From the NCBI GenBank assembly GCA_022784465.1, contig JALFUR010000014.1, positions 64,645 to 128,644 on the forward strand: a stretch of 64,000 bases of DNA, given 5' to 3'. Position numbers and translations under genes: made by a program. The notes beneath the pieces were generated by a model. That model saw only the letters and a program-made list of their open reading frames with translations, searched no databases and was not told the origin of the DNA. Of this stretch, positions 19,790 through 29,311 are shown one piece after another; within the stretch, counting starts at the first letter, position 1, and every line of letters begins with the position of its first letter. Source of the DNA: Christensenella sp. Its GTDB lineage: Bacteria > Bacillota > Clostridia > Christensenellales > UBA3700.

Positions 19790-20720
19790 CTTTTTCAAAG
19801 CCTACCCTTTTCATTAAAGTTTGAGTTGCATCTTGTCCCATGTTTTTTAATCTGAAATTTCTAACAGCAACTTCAATTAAAATTGCTATATTTCTACCGG
19901 CAATAACAGGTATTGAATACTTTGGAACAAGAACATCCAAAATTGACTGAGTTTCAATTTTGCTACCAAACCTATCACAATCTAAAATGTTCTTATTGTC
20001 TTTCAATTCTACAATAAGCATTATTTCTTCTTTATCTAATACGGAACCAGCACCAAACATAGTAGCTACATCAATAATGCCTAATCCTCTTATTTCCATC
20101 AAATATTTTGTTTTTTCAGGAGCAGTACCAAAAACTTTATCACTTATTCTCTTTGCTATTACTATATCGTCCGAAATTAATCTATGACCTCTTTGAATCA
20201 ATTCCAAAGCGGCTTCAGATTTACCCATACCAGATTTACCAGTAATTAAAACTCCAACACCTGCAACATCCATAAGAGTACCATGAATTGTTTTCATAGG
20301 TGCAAGTAATTCCTCTAGATAATTAGCAACTACATTACTTAAAAATGTAGTAGTAGCAGATGATCCTAAAATAGGAACTCTATATTTTTTTGCAAGTTCA
20401 AGTTCTATATCGCTAGGGATAATTCCTCTTGAATAAATAATGCAAGGAATATGAAGCGAAAATAAATTTTCTAACTTTTCTTTTCTTTCTTCATAAGACA
20501 ATGACTCAAGATAAAAATGTTCTGCATTTCCAATTAATTGAATTCTAAAATGTCCAAAATATTCTTTAAAACCAGCAAGATATAGACCTGGCCTATTAAT
20601 TAAAACAGAGTCAAATGTAACTGTATCATTCTCGTCGCCACTAATTAATTCTAAACCACATTTTTCAGCAAACTCTTTTAGGTTCACTTCTACTGGATCT
20701 AAATCTTCAAAATTAATCAT
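19782..20720 (-). CDS. hprK: HPr kinase/phosphorylase
   Basis: It has the P-loop GKSGMGKSE and the signature LISDD ... MEIRGLGII. Confidence 0.95.
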   Translation of the reverse strand: MINFEDLDPVEVNLKEFAEKCGLELISGDENDTVTFDSVLINRPGLYLAGFKEYFGHFRIQLIGNAEHFYLESLSYEERKEKLENLFSLHIPCIIYSRGIIPSDIELELAKKYRVPILGSSATTTFLSNVVANYLEELLAPMKTIHGTLMDVAGVGVLITGKSGMGKSEAALELIQRGHRLISDDIVIAKRISDKVFGTAPEKTKYLMEIRGLGIIDVATMFGAGSVLDKEEIMLIVELKDNKNILDCDRFGSKIETQSILDVLVPKYSIPVIAGRNIAILIEVAVRNFRLKNMGQDATQTLMKRVGFEKDE

Positions 20721-21552
20721 TATTATCCCCTAAACAATATTTTTTTATTATATCTGCAACTGCGCCATCATCGCACTTACATGAAACATAATCAACTATA
20801 TCTAGAACTTCTCTTGACGCATCTGATGGAGCACAAGATAAACCTGCTTTTTGTAGCATTGGAACATCATTGCCTGAATCTCCGATACAAATCACATCAT
20901 TTAACATTATACCATATTCTTTACAAACTTGTTCAACTGCTGTACCTTTATTTACATTCTTAGGCATTATTTCTAATAAAACACCTCTAGATTTGCAGAT
21001 AAATGCACTATTATTTAATTCAACATTCAACTCTTTAATAAAATTATCTATATCATTTTCATTAATCATTGCTAAAAACTTAGTAGGATACATATTAGAT
21101 TTTTTAATAAATTCGTATAAAGATGAGTTAGTAAACTTTGGCTTAATTTTTAAAATATCACAAAAAGTATCAACAAAAGCTAAATTGTTTCCACTAAAAT
21201 AGCACTCTTCATTAAGATACATAAAGGCTTCTAAATCTTTATATTTTTCTCTAAATTTTATTAAACTATCTGATATTCGTTTAGACAAAGAATCTTCAAT
21301 TGTAAATGTTGTTATAGGCTTAATGTTGTCTAAATCATACACCTGAGCGCCTTGAGAAACTATTGCTCTATCCATTTTAACCCCAAAGGATAATATTTGT
21401 GGATATGCAGCTTGAAAGATACGTCCAGTAGTAATGATAAACTTACCGCCCTTTTCCACATAAGATTTAACTGCTTCAATATTTTTCTTTGAAACAGGTG
21501 GAAGTTGGCATAATGTTCCATCAAAATCACAAAAAATAGCTTTGTATTTCAT
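20713..21552 (-). CDS. Cof-type HAD-IIB phosphatase
   Basis: Its motifs are FCDFDGTL, TGR and GDSGNDVPM. Confidence 0.85.
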   Translation of the reverse strand: MKYKAIFCDFDGTLCQLPPVSKKNIEAVKSYVEKGGKFIITTGRIFQAAYPQILSFGVKMDRAIVSQGAQVYDLDNIKPITTFTIEDSLSKRISDSLIKFREKYKDLEAFMYLNEECYFSGNNLAFVDTFCDILKIKPKFTNSSLYEFIKKSNMYPTKFLAMINENDIDNFIKELNVELNNSAFICKSRGVLLEIMPKNVNKGTAVEQVCKEYGIMLNDVICIGDSGNDVPMLQKAGLSCAPSDASREVLDIVDYVSCKCDDGAVADIIKKYCLGDNND

Positions 21553-21633
21553 ACAAAGCCATTATATTGTCATAATTGTTTATTGTCAATTAAACAAAGA
21601 CGTTTCATAATAAGCGCTCTATATATAAACTGC

Positions 21634-23199
21634 TTATTTTGTTTCTTCTCCTTGCGCTTGTAATGAAGCCTCTTCTTCTAACTTTCCGCAAATAGTTGAG
21701 CCATTATGCTTTATTTCATACTCAATAAATTCTTGATTTATCTCAGGATAAGCAGAAAGCATTGGCAACACATCTTTTCCTTTTTTTCTATCGTAATAAT
21801 TTTTAGTAAGTTTTACAACTTGTCCACTCAATATAATTAATGCAATTAAGTTTGGAATCGCCATTAATCCATTTGCTGTATCAGATAGATCCCATACTAA
21901 ATCACTATTTATAACAGCAGCTAGAACAATAAATAAAACATAAATTATTTTAAATACTAAAACGGCAATTTTTTGTCCTTTTCCCTTTGTCCATTGGAAT
22001 GTAAATTCCATTGCCTTTTCACCATAATATGCCCAAGCCATAATTGTTGTAAACGCAAATAAAGGTAAAATAATAGAAAAACAAACAACACCAAATGAAG
22101 AGAAATTAGTATTAAATGCACTAACAGCAAGTTGAGCGTCTAGTGCTGTTCCAGAAGCATCAAATGCTCCATTTAAAGCATCTATATTGAATGTTGTTAA
22201 TAATAGTAAAGCAGTTAAAGTACAAATAATAAATGTATCGAAAAATACTTCAAATATTCCCCATAGACCTTGTTTTACAGGTTCTCTATTATCTGTTGCA
22301 GAATGCGCAATAACTGAAGAACCTAAACCTGCTTCATTTGAGAATATTCCTCTTGCCATACCCTTTCTTATTACCATTGCAAAACCATATCCCATAATAC
22401 CGCCACCGGCAGCTTTAAAGGTAAAAGCATTTGTAAAAATCATCTTTAATGCTTCTGGAACATTCTTAATATTCATAAATATTCCGATAATTGCTAAGAT
22501 AATAAAAATCAATGACATAAATGGAACAAGAAGTGTTGCTACTTTAGATATTCTTTTAATACCACCAATAATAATTATTGCTGTTAATGCTGCAACAACA
22601 ATTCCTACTATTAATTTAGCAACCATCGAATCTTGTCCTAAAGCATCAGTAATTGTGCCCGAAATTTTATTTGTTTGAACACCACCCATAGCAAGAGCTG
22701 CCATTAAACAAAATACAGAAGCAACATAAGCAAGCCATTTCCATTTAACACCATTTTCAATATAGTAAAAGGCTCCGCCTTTAAAATTGCCATTTTCATC
22801 TTTTTTTCTATAATACAATCCAAGTGCATTTTCAGAGTAGTTTGTAACCATACCAAAAAAAGCTGAAATCCACATCCAAAAAACAGCTCCAGGTCCACCT
22901 GTTAAAATAGCTGATGTAACACCTATTATATTTCCTGTTCCAACAGTACCTGAAATAGCTGATGCAAATGCAGCAAATGGAGAAATTCCTGGTTTATTTT
23001 TCTTTTTCGAACCTACCCCTGAAAAAGTTTCGCCAATAGTTGATTTCATTGAATCGCCAAACTTTGTTACTTGCAAAAATTTTGTTCTAATTGTTAATAA
23101 AATACCTGTTAATAAAATCAAAATAATTGCTGGCCATCCCCATACAATATTGTTTACAAAGCTATTAGCTTTTGCAATTGCATCAATAACTGTTTGCAT
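21634..23199 (-). CDS. Alanine/glycine:cation symporter (AGCS family)
   Basis: It has about 11 TM segments and the AGCS-typical stretches GPGAVFWMW, RGIFSNEAGLGS and YYGEKA. Confidence 0.9.
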   Translation of the reverse strand: MQTVIDAIAKANSFVNNIVWGWPAIILILLTGILLTIRTKFLQVTKFGDSMKSTIGETFSGVGSKKKNKPGISPFAAFASAISGTVGTGNIIGVTSAILTGGPGAVFWMWISAFFGMVTNYSENALGLYYRKKDENGNFKGGAFYYIENGVKWKWLAYVASVFCLMAALAMGGVQTNKISGTITDALGQDSMVAKLIVGIVVAALTAIIIIGGIKRISKVATLLVPFMSLIFIILAIIGIFMNIKNVPEALKMIFTNAFTFKAAGGGIMGYGFAMVIRKGMARGIFSNEAGLGSSVIAHSATDNREPVKQGLWGIFEVFFDTFIICTLTALLLLTTFNIDALNGAFDASGTALDAQLAVSAFNTNFSSFGVVCFSIILPLFAFTTIMAWAYYGEKAMEFTFQWTKGKGQKIAVLVFKIIYVLFIVLAAVINSDLVWDLSDTANGLMAIPNLIALIILSGQVVKLTKNYYDRKKGKDVLPMLSAYPEINQEFIEYEIKHNGSTICGKLEEEASLQAQGEETK

Positions 23200-23212
23200 A
23201 ACAAATACTCCT

Positions 23213-23245
23213 AAAAAAAATGTCGTTATTCCAAAGAAAACGACA
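23213..23245 (-). terminator. Leader terminator (expression platform) downstream of the glycine riboswitch
   Basis: On the minus strand there is a hairpin gtcgtt..aacgac followed by a T8 run, immediately 5' of the symporter SD. Confidence 0.7.
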
Positions 23246-23267
23246 AAACAAAAAAGAATATATCTTT

Positions 23268-23435
23268 AATGCCCCGTCCTTTTGCCTGAGAGATTTGCTT
23301 TCGCATTGCCCCTTCGGCATCTAAATTAATAGAATTCTCCGGAGTGCCGTCCACTTGCAGTCCTTATCTAATGATAACTGAGAGTATTACTCCTTCGTTG
23401 ACTTTCGTCTTCTCCTACAAGCATCTTTCGGCTAC
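23268..23435 (-). promoter_or_regulatory. Tandem glycine riboswitch with two aptamers
   Basis: The minus strand reads GGAGAAG..CGAAGGAGTAA..CTCTCAG..AAGGAC and then CCGGAGAA..GCCGAAGGGGCAA..TCTCAGGCAAAAGGAC. These are the conserved glycine-aptamer cores in duplicate. Confidence 0.88.
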
Positions 23436-23540
23436 TTTTACAAAAATAATATCATAATCGCTGTATTTTACAAACAAAAAATGCCATATATTGTAAAAAA
23501 AACTCCATGTTAATTGTAAAAGTACCGTTTAAATATGTGT

Positions 23541-25364
23541 TTAGTTCTGAGGATGGAAATATGTATAAATATTTTTTGCAGTTTTTTGATCTATTCCTTT
23601 AATTAAATTTAGATCATTTTCTGTTGCATTTTTAATATTTTCTAAAGTTGAAAACTTTTCAAATAATAATTTGATTCTTTTTTCGCCAACGCCTTGTATT
23701 TTCAAAAGAGAAGATGTTGTTTGTCTTTTCTTTCTTAGATTTCTATGGAAAGTAATGGCAAATCTATGAGCTTCATCTCTTATTCTTTGCAAAAGCTTTA
23801 ATGCGTATGAATTCCTTGGCAAAATATACGGAGTTGATTTTCCTGGAACAAAAACTTCTTCTTCGCGTTTTGCAAGCGATATAACCTCTATATTGCAATT
23901 AAGTTCATCCATTATTTGTTTAACGGAAGATAATTGGCCTTTTCCTCCATCTATAACAAGTAAATCTGGTCTTGAAGAAAATGACTCGTCTTCATCGTTA
24001 AATTTTGTCAATCGTCTATATAAAGTTTCACGTAATGAAGCAAAATCGTTGTTCCCTTCAACCGTCTTTATTTTAAATTTTCTATAATGAGATTTACATG
24101 GTTCACCATTGATAAACACAACCATAGAAGCAACTTTATCTGTTCCTTGAATATGGGATATATCATAGCACTCCATTCTATTAGGAATACTTTTTAGTCT
24201 TAAAAACTCTTGTAATTGTAAAAGTCCTCCAATTGTTAAATTGTCTTTTCTCTCCTGCATAGATAATGACTTTTCTAGATAGTCATTTGCGTTATTTAAA
24301 GCCATTGTAACAAGTTGTTTTCTAACTCCTTGAATTGGAACAATATAATTAACTTTACTTCCCTTTTTCTCTGACAAATATGTACTTAATTCTTCTGAGT
24401 ATTCAATTGATATATTTGTTACAATCTCATCAGGAATATATTTGACTTGGTCATAAAAAGAAAGAATAAAGTTTGATAAAGCAATTTCTTCACTTAAACA
24501 TGAATCATTTATTATTTGTTTATCTGACCCAAGAAGTTTTCCTGCTCTTACGAACAATATAGAAACAACAGTATTTAATCCATTTGATGCTATAGAGAAA
24601 ATATCTATATTCAATTCTTTTGGAAGCGAAGTAACTTGTTTTCTTATAAGTTTGTTCACTGTTTCTAATTTTTTCTTGTAAGAAAGCGCAAGCTCATATT
24701 CCTCATGATCCGAAGCATCTATCATTTTGTTCTCAATGATTTTAGCAACAGATTTGTCATTCCCGTTTAAAAAGTCAATGATTTGCCTTATTATCTTGTC
24801 ATAATCCTCTTTTGTTACTTTATTTGCGCAAGGAGCCAAACATTGATGAATATGATAATTTAAGCATGGTCTATGAGTTTTTGGAACTTTGTTCATATCT
24901 AAAGAACATCTTCTAACAGGAAATGCAGAATAAATTAAATCTAGTATTTCTTTTGTAGATATACCAAGCATATATGGACCAAAATATTTAGATCCATCAG
25001 ATTTAAGTTTTCTCACTACATCTATTGTTGGAAAATCTTTTTTTATATTGATCTTTATAAATGGATAATTCTTATCATCTTTTAATAAGATATTGTAAGG
25101 AGGCTTATGCTTTTTAATAAGATTATTCTCTAAAACTAATGCCTCTATTTCGTTGTTAGTAATGATATAATCAAAATCATCTACTTTTGAAACTAGTTTT
25201 AATACTTTTTCCGTTCTATTAGAATTATTACCAAAATATTGGTGAACACGTTTTGTTAAATTACGAGCTTTTCCTATATATAAAATTTGCCCGCTTTCGG
25301 ACTTCATTATATATACGCCAGGATTAGATGGTAAATCTAACAATTTTTGCTCAATTTTGCTCAT
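23541..25364 (-). CDS. uvrC: Excinuclease ABC subunit C
   Basis: It has a GIY-YIG N-terminus (GVYIMK...ILYIGKA), a UvrBC domain, an endonuclease V-like domain and a C-terminal HhH. Confidence 0.95.
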   Translation of the reverse strand: MSKIEQKLLDLPSNPGVYIMKSESGQILYIGKARNLTKRVHQYFGNNSNRTEKVLKLVSKVDDFDYIITNNEIEALVLENNLIKKHKPPYNILLKDDKNYPFIKINIKKDFPTIDVVRKLKSDGSKYFGPYMLGISTKEILDLIYSAFPVRRCSLDMNKVPKTHRPCLNYHIHQCLAPCANKVTKEDYDKIIRQIIDFLNGNDKSVAKIIENKMIDASDHEEYELALSYKKKLETVNKLIRKQVTSLPKELNIDIFSIASNGLNTVVSILFVRAGKLLGSDKQIINDSCLSEEIALSNFILSFYDQVKYIPDEIVTNISIEYSEELSTYLSEKKGSKVNYIVPIQGVRKQLVTMALNNANDYLEKSLSMQERKDNLTIGGLLQLQEFLRLKSIPNRMECYDISHIQGTDKVASMVVFINGEPCKSHYRKFKIKTVEGNNDFASLRETLYRRLTKFNDEDESFSSRPDLLVIDGGKGQLSSVKQIMDELNCNIEVISLAKREEEVFVPGKSTPYILPRNSYALKLLQRIRDEAHRFAITFHRNLRKKRQTTSSLLKIQGVGEKRIKLLFEKFSTLENIKNATENDLNLIKGIDQKTAKNIYTYFHPQN

Positions 25365-25381
25365 GTATTAATTATAGCAAA

Positions 25382-25732
25382 TTACTTTTGATTAAAAAAA
25401 TTAATTTGATTAATTCCAAGCGATATTACATCATTTACATATGGATTAATTATCCTATATAAAATCACGCTCCCAACTCTTCTATAATCAACAATCTTAA
25501 CATCTCTTAAAAGTTTCAATTGATGTGAAACTGTCGTTTGATTAACAGATATTAATTCACATATATCTTTTACGCACATTTCAGAAATTGTTAAAGCAGC
25601 AATAATAAGCAACCGCGTTGTATCTGAAAAAATATAAAAATAATTTGAAATACTTTTAATTTCACTTACTCTTGGCAAATATGAACGAATATTATTTAGT
25701 TCTTCTTCTTTTAAAAAAACAACTTCTTGCAT
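25382..25732 (-). CDS. ArsR/SmtB-family metalloregulator
   Basis: It has a wHTH with CVKDICELISVNQTTVSHQLKLLRDVKIV. Confidence 0.85.
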   Translation of the reverse strand: MQEVVFLKEEELNNIRSYLPRVSEIKSISNYFYIFSDTTRLLIIAALTISEMCVKDICELISVNQTTVSHQLKLLRDVKIVDYRRVGSVILYRIINPYVNDVISLGINQINFFNQK

Positions 25733-25749
25733 ATAAATAAATATAAAGC

Positions 25750-25785
25750 ATTCACAATATTTTTTTATTTCTCATATTGTTGAAT
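25750..25785. promoter_or_regulatory. Candidate ArsR operator (imperfect inverted repeat)
   Basis: ATTCAcAATAT - N13 - ATATTgtTGAAT lies between the divergent arsR-like gene and the small Cys-rich ORF. Confidence 0.45.
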
Positions 25786-25798
25786 AAAGGGAAAATTT

Positions 25799-25975
25799 AT
25801 GGATAGCAATCTTCTTTTAATATTATTATTCTTAAGCGGTGGTATATGTGGAAATACTAATCTAAACAACAATAGCAATTGTTGTAGTGACGAAAACTCT
25901 TGTTGCGATGCAAATAATACGCCTTTAGCTTTACTGTTATTTTATTTGCTATGCAACAATAGCATAAATACCTAA
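25799..25975 (+). CDS. Untracked 58-aa Cys-rich small membrane protein
   Basis: My own translation is MDSNLLLILLFLSGGICGNTNLNNNSNCCSDENSCCDANNTPLALLLFYLLCNNSINT*. Two hydrophobic helices flank a CC..CC loop. It has a weak SD (aaggg) and is below the 60-aa track cutoff. Confidence 0.45.
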   Translation: MDSNLLLILLFLSGGICGNTNLNNNSNCCSDENSCCDANNTPLALLLFYLLCNNSINT

Positions 25976-25979
25976 ATGA

Positions 25980-26657
25980 TTATTCGTTAGATTTAATTTT
26001 ATCTGTATTAGATTGAATAGAATTAGAATCTTTATATTTCTCTTTTGGAGCTAATCCTTTTCTCTTCATAACTTCTTCAAAAACATCTTGTATTTGAATA
26101 CCTTTATCTTCCATTAAAACCAAGCTGTGATACAACAAATCTGCAAATTCTCCAACAAGTTCTTGCTCTTTATTTGCCATCGCTGCTATTACAACTTCTG
26201 ATGCTTCCTCGCCAATTTTTTTGCAGATTTTTTCCGTTCCTTTATCTAATAAATAGTTAGTATAAGAACCTTCAACTGGATTTATTTTTCTTTCTTTAAT
26301 TGTCTTTATGTCATCAAATACAATTTTATAATCTGGAACAAATTTAAACTCTTTTAATGTTCTATAAAAACAAGATCTATTTCCCGTATGACAAGCTGCG
26401 CCATCTTGATGAATAAGAAGTACAACACAATCTGCATCGCAGTCATAAAGTATTTTATATACTTTTTGAACATGACCTGATGTTTCCCCTTTTTTCCATA
26501 AACATTTTCTTGAACGAGAATAATAATGAGCATATCCCGTTTGCAATGTCATTTCTAATGCTTCTTTATTCATATAAGCTTGCATCAAGATTTCTCCAGT
26601 GAATGCATCTTGAGCAATTGCACAAATTAATCCTTTGTCATCGAACTTAAAATCCAT
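25980..26657 (-). CDS. hisIE: Bifunctional phosphoribosyl-AMP cyclohydrolase / phosphoribosyl-ATP diphosphatase
   Basis: The HisI portion carries CDADCV..C.TG. The HisE portion carries EEASEV and a helical C-terminal half. Confidence 0.92.
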   Translation of the reverse strand: MDFKFDDKGLICAIAQDAFTGEILMQAYMNKEALEMTLQTGYAHYYSRSRKCLWKKGETSGHVQKVYKILYDCDADCVVLLIHQDGAACHTGNRSCFYRTLKEFKFVPDYKIVFDDIKTIKERKINPVEGSYTNYLLDKGTEKICKKIGEEASEVVIAAMANKEQELVGEFADLLYHSLVLMEDKGIQIQDVFEEVMKRKGLAPKEKYKDSNSIQSNTDKIKSNE

Positions 26658-27419
26658 TTATAACCTCACTTGAATACCTTGAGATAAAAGGTATTGTTTT
26701 AAATCTTTTATTTCCATTTCCTTAAAGTGAAACAATGATGCAGCAAGCGCAGCATCTGCTTTTCCTTTATCAGATAATACATCACTAAAATGTTCCATTT
26801 TACCAGCGCCACCAGAAGCAATTACCGGAATAGAAACGGCTTCTGCTACTCTTCTTGTCAATTCTAAATCGTATCCAGCTTTTGTGCCATCACAATCCAT
26901 ACTTGTCAATAAGATTTCTCCTGCGCCCAATTTTTCTGCTTGCTGTGCCCAAGATATAGCATCTATCTCTGTATTTATACGACCGCCATTTAAATACACG
27001 TCAAATGAACCTTTATTATTTTTCTTTGCATCTATTGCAGTAACAACACATTGGCTACCAAATCTAAGTGCAGCCTCTGTTATTAAATTTGGATTTCTCA
27101 CTGCAGCTGAGTTAACAGATATTTTATCTGCACCTAATTTAAGCAGATTTCTAAAATGTTCAACACTAGATATTCCCCCACCTACAGTTAATGGAATAAA
27201 TACTTGTTCTGCTGCTTTTGCTATAACATCATACATTGTATTTCTTCCCTCATGAGTTGCCGTTATATCTAAAAATACAATCTCATCCGCCCTCATTGCA
27301 TTGTACGCTTTTGCAACTTCTACAGGATCTCCTGCATCAATCAAATTAACAAAGTTAACGCCTTTAACAACGCGTCCATTTTTAATATCTAAACATGGTA
27401 TAATCCTCTTTGTTAACAT
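26658..27419 (-). CDS. hisF: Imidazole glycerol phosphate synthase cyclase subunit
   Basis: It begins [12 protein letters not shown] and also carries GGG and SGGAG, as HisF does. Confidence 0.95.
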   Translation of the reverse strand: MLTKRIIPCLDIKNGRVVKGVNFVNLIDAGDPVEVAKAYNAMRADEIVFLDITATHEGRNTMYDVIAKAAEQVFIPLTVGGGISSVEHFRNLLKLGADKISVNSAAVRNPNLITEAALRFGSQCVVTAIDAKKNNKGSFDVYLNGGRINTEIDAISWAQQAEKLGAGEILLTSMDCDGTKAGYDLELTRRVAEAVSIPVIASGGAGKMEHFSDVLSDKGKADAALAASLFHFKEMEIKDLKQYLLSQGIQVRL

Positions 27420-28126
27420 TAGATTTTCAATGCTTCCTTTAAATCAATTTTTCCTGTATATATGGACCTTCCTAATATTGCTCCATATAAATTTGCTTCC
27501 TTTACTGCTTTTATATCTTCATATGTTGCCATTCCACCAGAAGCAATAATGTTCATTTGAGATTTTTCCGACAATTCTTTTGTGCTTTTTAAGTTTACTC
27601 CAGTTAAAGCACCATCTCTTGATATATCTGTAAACACAACAGTATCTACACCTCTTTGTTTCATATCAAGAGCAACATCAAGAGGTTTTAGCGAAGATTT
27701 TTCAACCCAGCCTTTTATAGCGACAAAGCCATCTTTTGCATCAATACCGCTAACAATTTTATTCCCATATAATGCGCAAGCTTTATCCATTAAAGATGGA
27801 TTTGTAACGCAAGCGGTTCCAACTATAACCCTTGTTGCTCCAACTTCATCTAGATAAAACTTAATTTTATCTAATGATTTAATTCCTCCACCTATTTCAA
27901 CAGGAATAGAAATTTTCTTTATTAATTCAATAAGAGTGTTTTTGTTTACTAAAGAATCATCAAACGCGCCATTTAGATCAACAAGATGCAAATATTGAGC
28001 GCCCATCTCTTGCCATTTTAAAGCCATTTCAAGAGGCGTTCCATAAACTGTTACTTCATCTCTTTTTCCGTATAAAAGCCTAACAGCCTTATTATCTAAA
28101 ACATCAACTGCTGGAAATAAAATCAT
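27419..28126 (-). CDS. hisA: ProFAR isomerase
   Basis: It begins [16 protein letters not shown] and carries SGG, and its operon position fits. Confidence 0.93.
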   Translation of the reverse strand: MILFPAVDVLDNKAVRLLYGKRDEVTVYGTPLEMALKWQEMGAQYLHLVDLNGAFDDSLVNKNTLIELIKKISIPVEIGGGIKSLDKIKFYLDEVGATRVIVGTACVTNPSLMDKACALYGNKIVSGIDAKDGFVAIKGWVEKSSLKPLDVALDMKQRGVDTVVFTDISRDGALTGVNLKSTKELSEKSQMNIIASGGMATYEDIKAVKEANLYGAILGRSIYTGKIDLKEALKI

Positions 28127-28728
28127 TATTTTATTCCTCCAAAATTCTTTAGCAATTTAAGTCCAGTATCTCCACTTTTTTCTGGATGGAATTGAACTCC
28201 ATATACATTATCTTTATTTACACTTGATACAAAATTATAACCATAGTTTGTAATTGTCATAACATCTTCATTTTTAACATCAGACGCATGATAAGAATGA
28301 ACAAAATAAAAGTTATAATCATCTATATCTTTAAACAAAGGAACGTCCTTTTTTATTTCAACTTGATTCCATCCCATATGAGGGACTTTTAAAGAAATAT
28401 TTTCAAATCGTTTTACTTGACCATGAATAATATGTAATCCTTCAAATTCACCATCTTCAAAGCTTTTATCAAAAAGCATTTGCATTCCAAGGCAGATTCC
28501 TAAAAAAGGCTTACCTTTTTCAATTTGCTTAAGCATTTCTTCTTTAATTCCTGTTTTGTTCAAACTTTCCATTGCTTGATTAAAAGCCCCAACCCCAGGA
28601 AGTATTATATGAGAAGCATTTTGCAAATCGATGGGATTAGAAGTAATTTTCGCGTCGAAACCAATTAGCTCTAAAGCTTTTTGAACACTTCGTAAATTTC
28701 CCATTCCATAGTCAATAATAGAAATCAT
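28126..28728 (-). CDS. hisH: Imidazole glycerol phosphate synthase glutaminase subunit
   Basis: It has the class-I amidotransferase motifs GICLGMQ and FHPEKS. Confidence 0.95.
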   Translation of the reverse strand: MISIIDYGMGNLRSVQKALELIGFDAKITSNPIDLQNASHIILPGVGAFNQAMESLNKTGIKEEMLKQIEKGKPFLGICLGMQMLFDKSFEDGEFEGLHIIHGQVKRFENISLKVPHMGWNQVEIKKDVPLFKDIDDYNFYFVHSYHASDVKNEDVMTITNYGYNFVSSVNKDNVYGVQFHPEKSGDTGLKLLKNFGGIK

Positions 28729-29306
28729 TACTCTAACATACCTTTAGATGAAGGAATATAATCGCATACTATTTTTGTTGCTTCCTTCATAGCATGAGCA
28801 AAAGCTTTAAAAATTGCTTCTGCTTTATGGTGATTGTTCTCTCCATATTGCAAATTAATATGTAGTGTTATTCCACCATATGTTGCAACTGCTCTAAAGA
28901 ACTCCTCGATTAATTCTGTATCAAAATCTCCAATCTTTCCTTCAAACTCAGCATTAAATACTAAGTATGGTCTTCCAGAAATATCTACGCTTACTGTTGC
29001 TAAAGATTCATCCATTGGAATAGTAAAAGTAGAATATCTTTGTATTCCCTTTTTATCCCCTAAACACTCTAGAATTGCCTTACCTAAAACAATACCTATA
29101 TCTTCAACAGAGTGATGACCATCAACTTTTAAATCGCCAACACATTTTATAGATAGATCAAAATCTGAATGACAAGAAACAAGTTCAAGCATATGATCTA
29201 AAAATCCAATACCCGTATCTATGCAATTTTGTCTTGTACCATCCAAATTTAAGGAAAGTGCTATTTGTGTTTCTTTTGTATTTCTTTCAATTTTAGATTG
29301 TCTCAT
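28728..29306 (-). CDS. hisB: Imidazoleglycerol-phosphate dehydratase (monofunctional)
   Basis: The motifs GFLDHML, DGHH and NNHHKAEA are present. Confidence 0.95.
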   Translation of the reverse strand: MRQSKIERNTKETQIALSLNLDGTRQNCIDTGIGFLDHMLELVSCHSDFDLSIKCVGDLKVDGHHSVEDIGIVLGKAILECLGDKKGIQRYSTFTIPMDESLATVSVDISGRPYLVFNAEFEGKIGDFDTELIEEFFRAVATYGGITLHINLQYGENNHHKAEAIFKAFAHAMKEATKIVCDYIPSSKGMLE

Positions 29307-29311
29307 AAACT

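Noticed and set aside
22187-22678. Long antisense ORFs inside well-supported genes. Examples are 22187-22678 (+) in the AGCS transporter, 31656-32117 (+) in hisZ, 56888-57352 (+) in the Na/Pi gene, 26884-27255 (+) in hisF and 12024-12379 (+) in dnaG.
   Set aside because: Each lies wholly antisense to a gene with unmistakable family motifs. Their translations are low-complexity (S/F/I/L/P-rich), they have no SD, and several start on non-ATG codons. These are typical shadow ORFs of AT-rich coding DNA.
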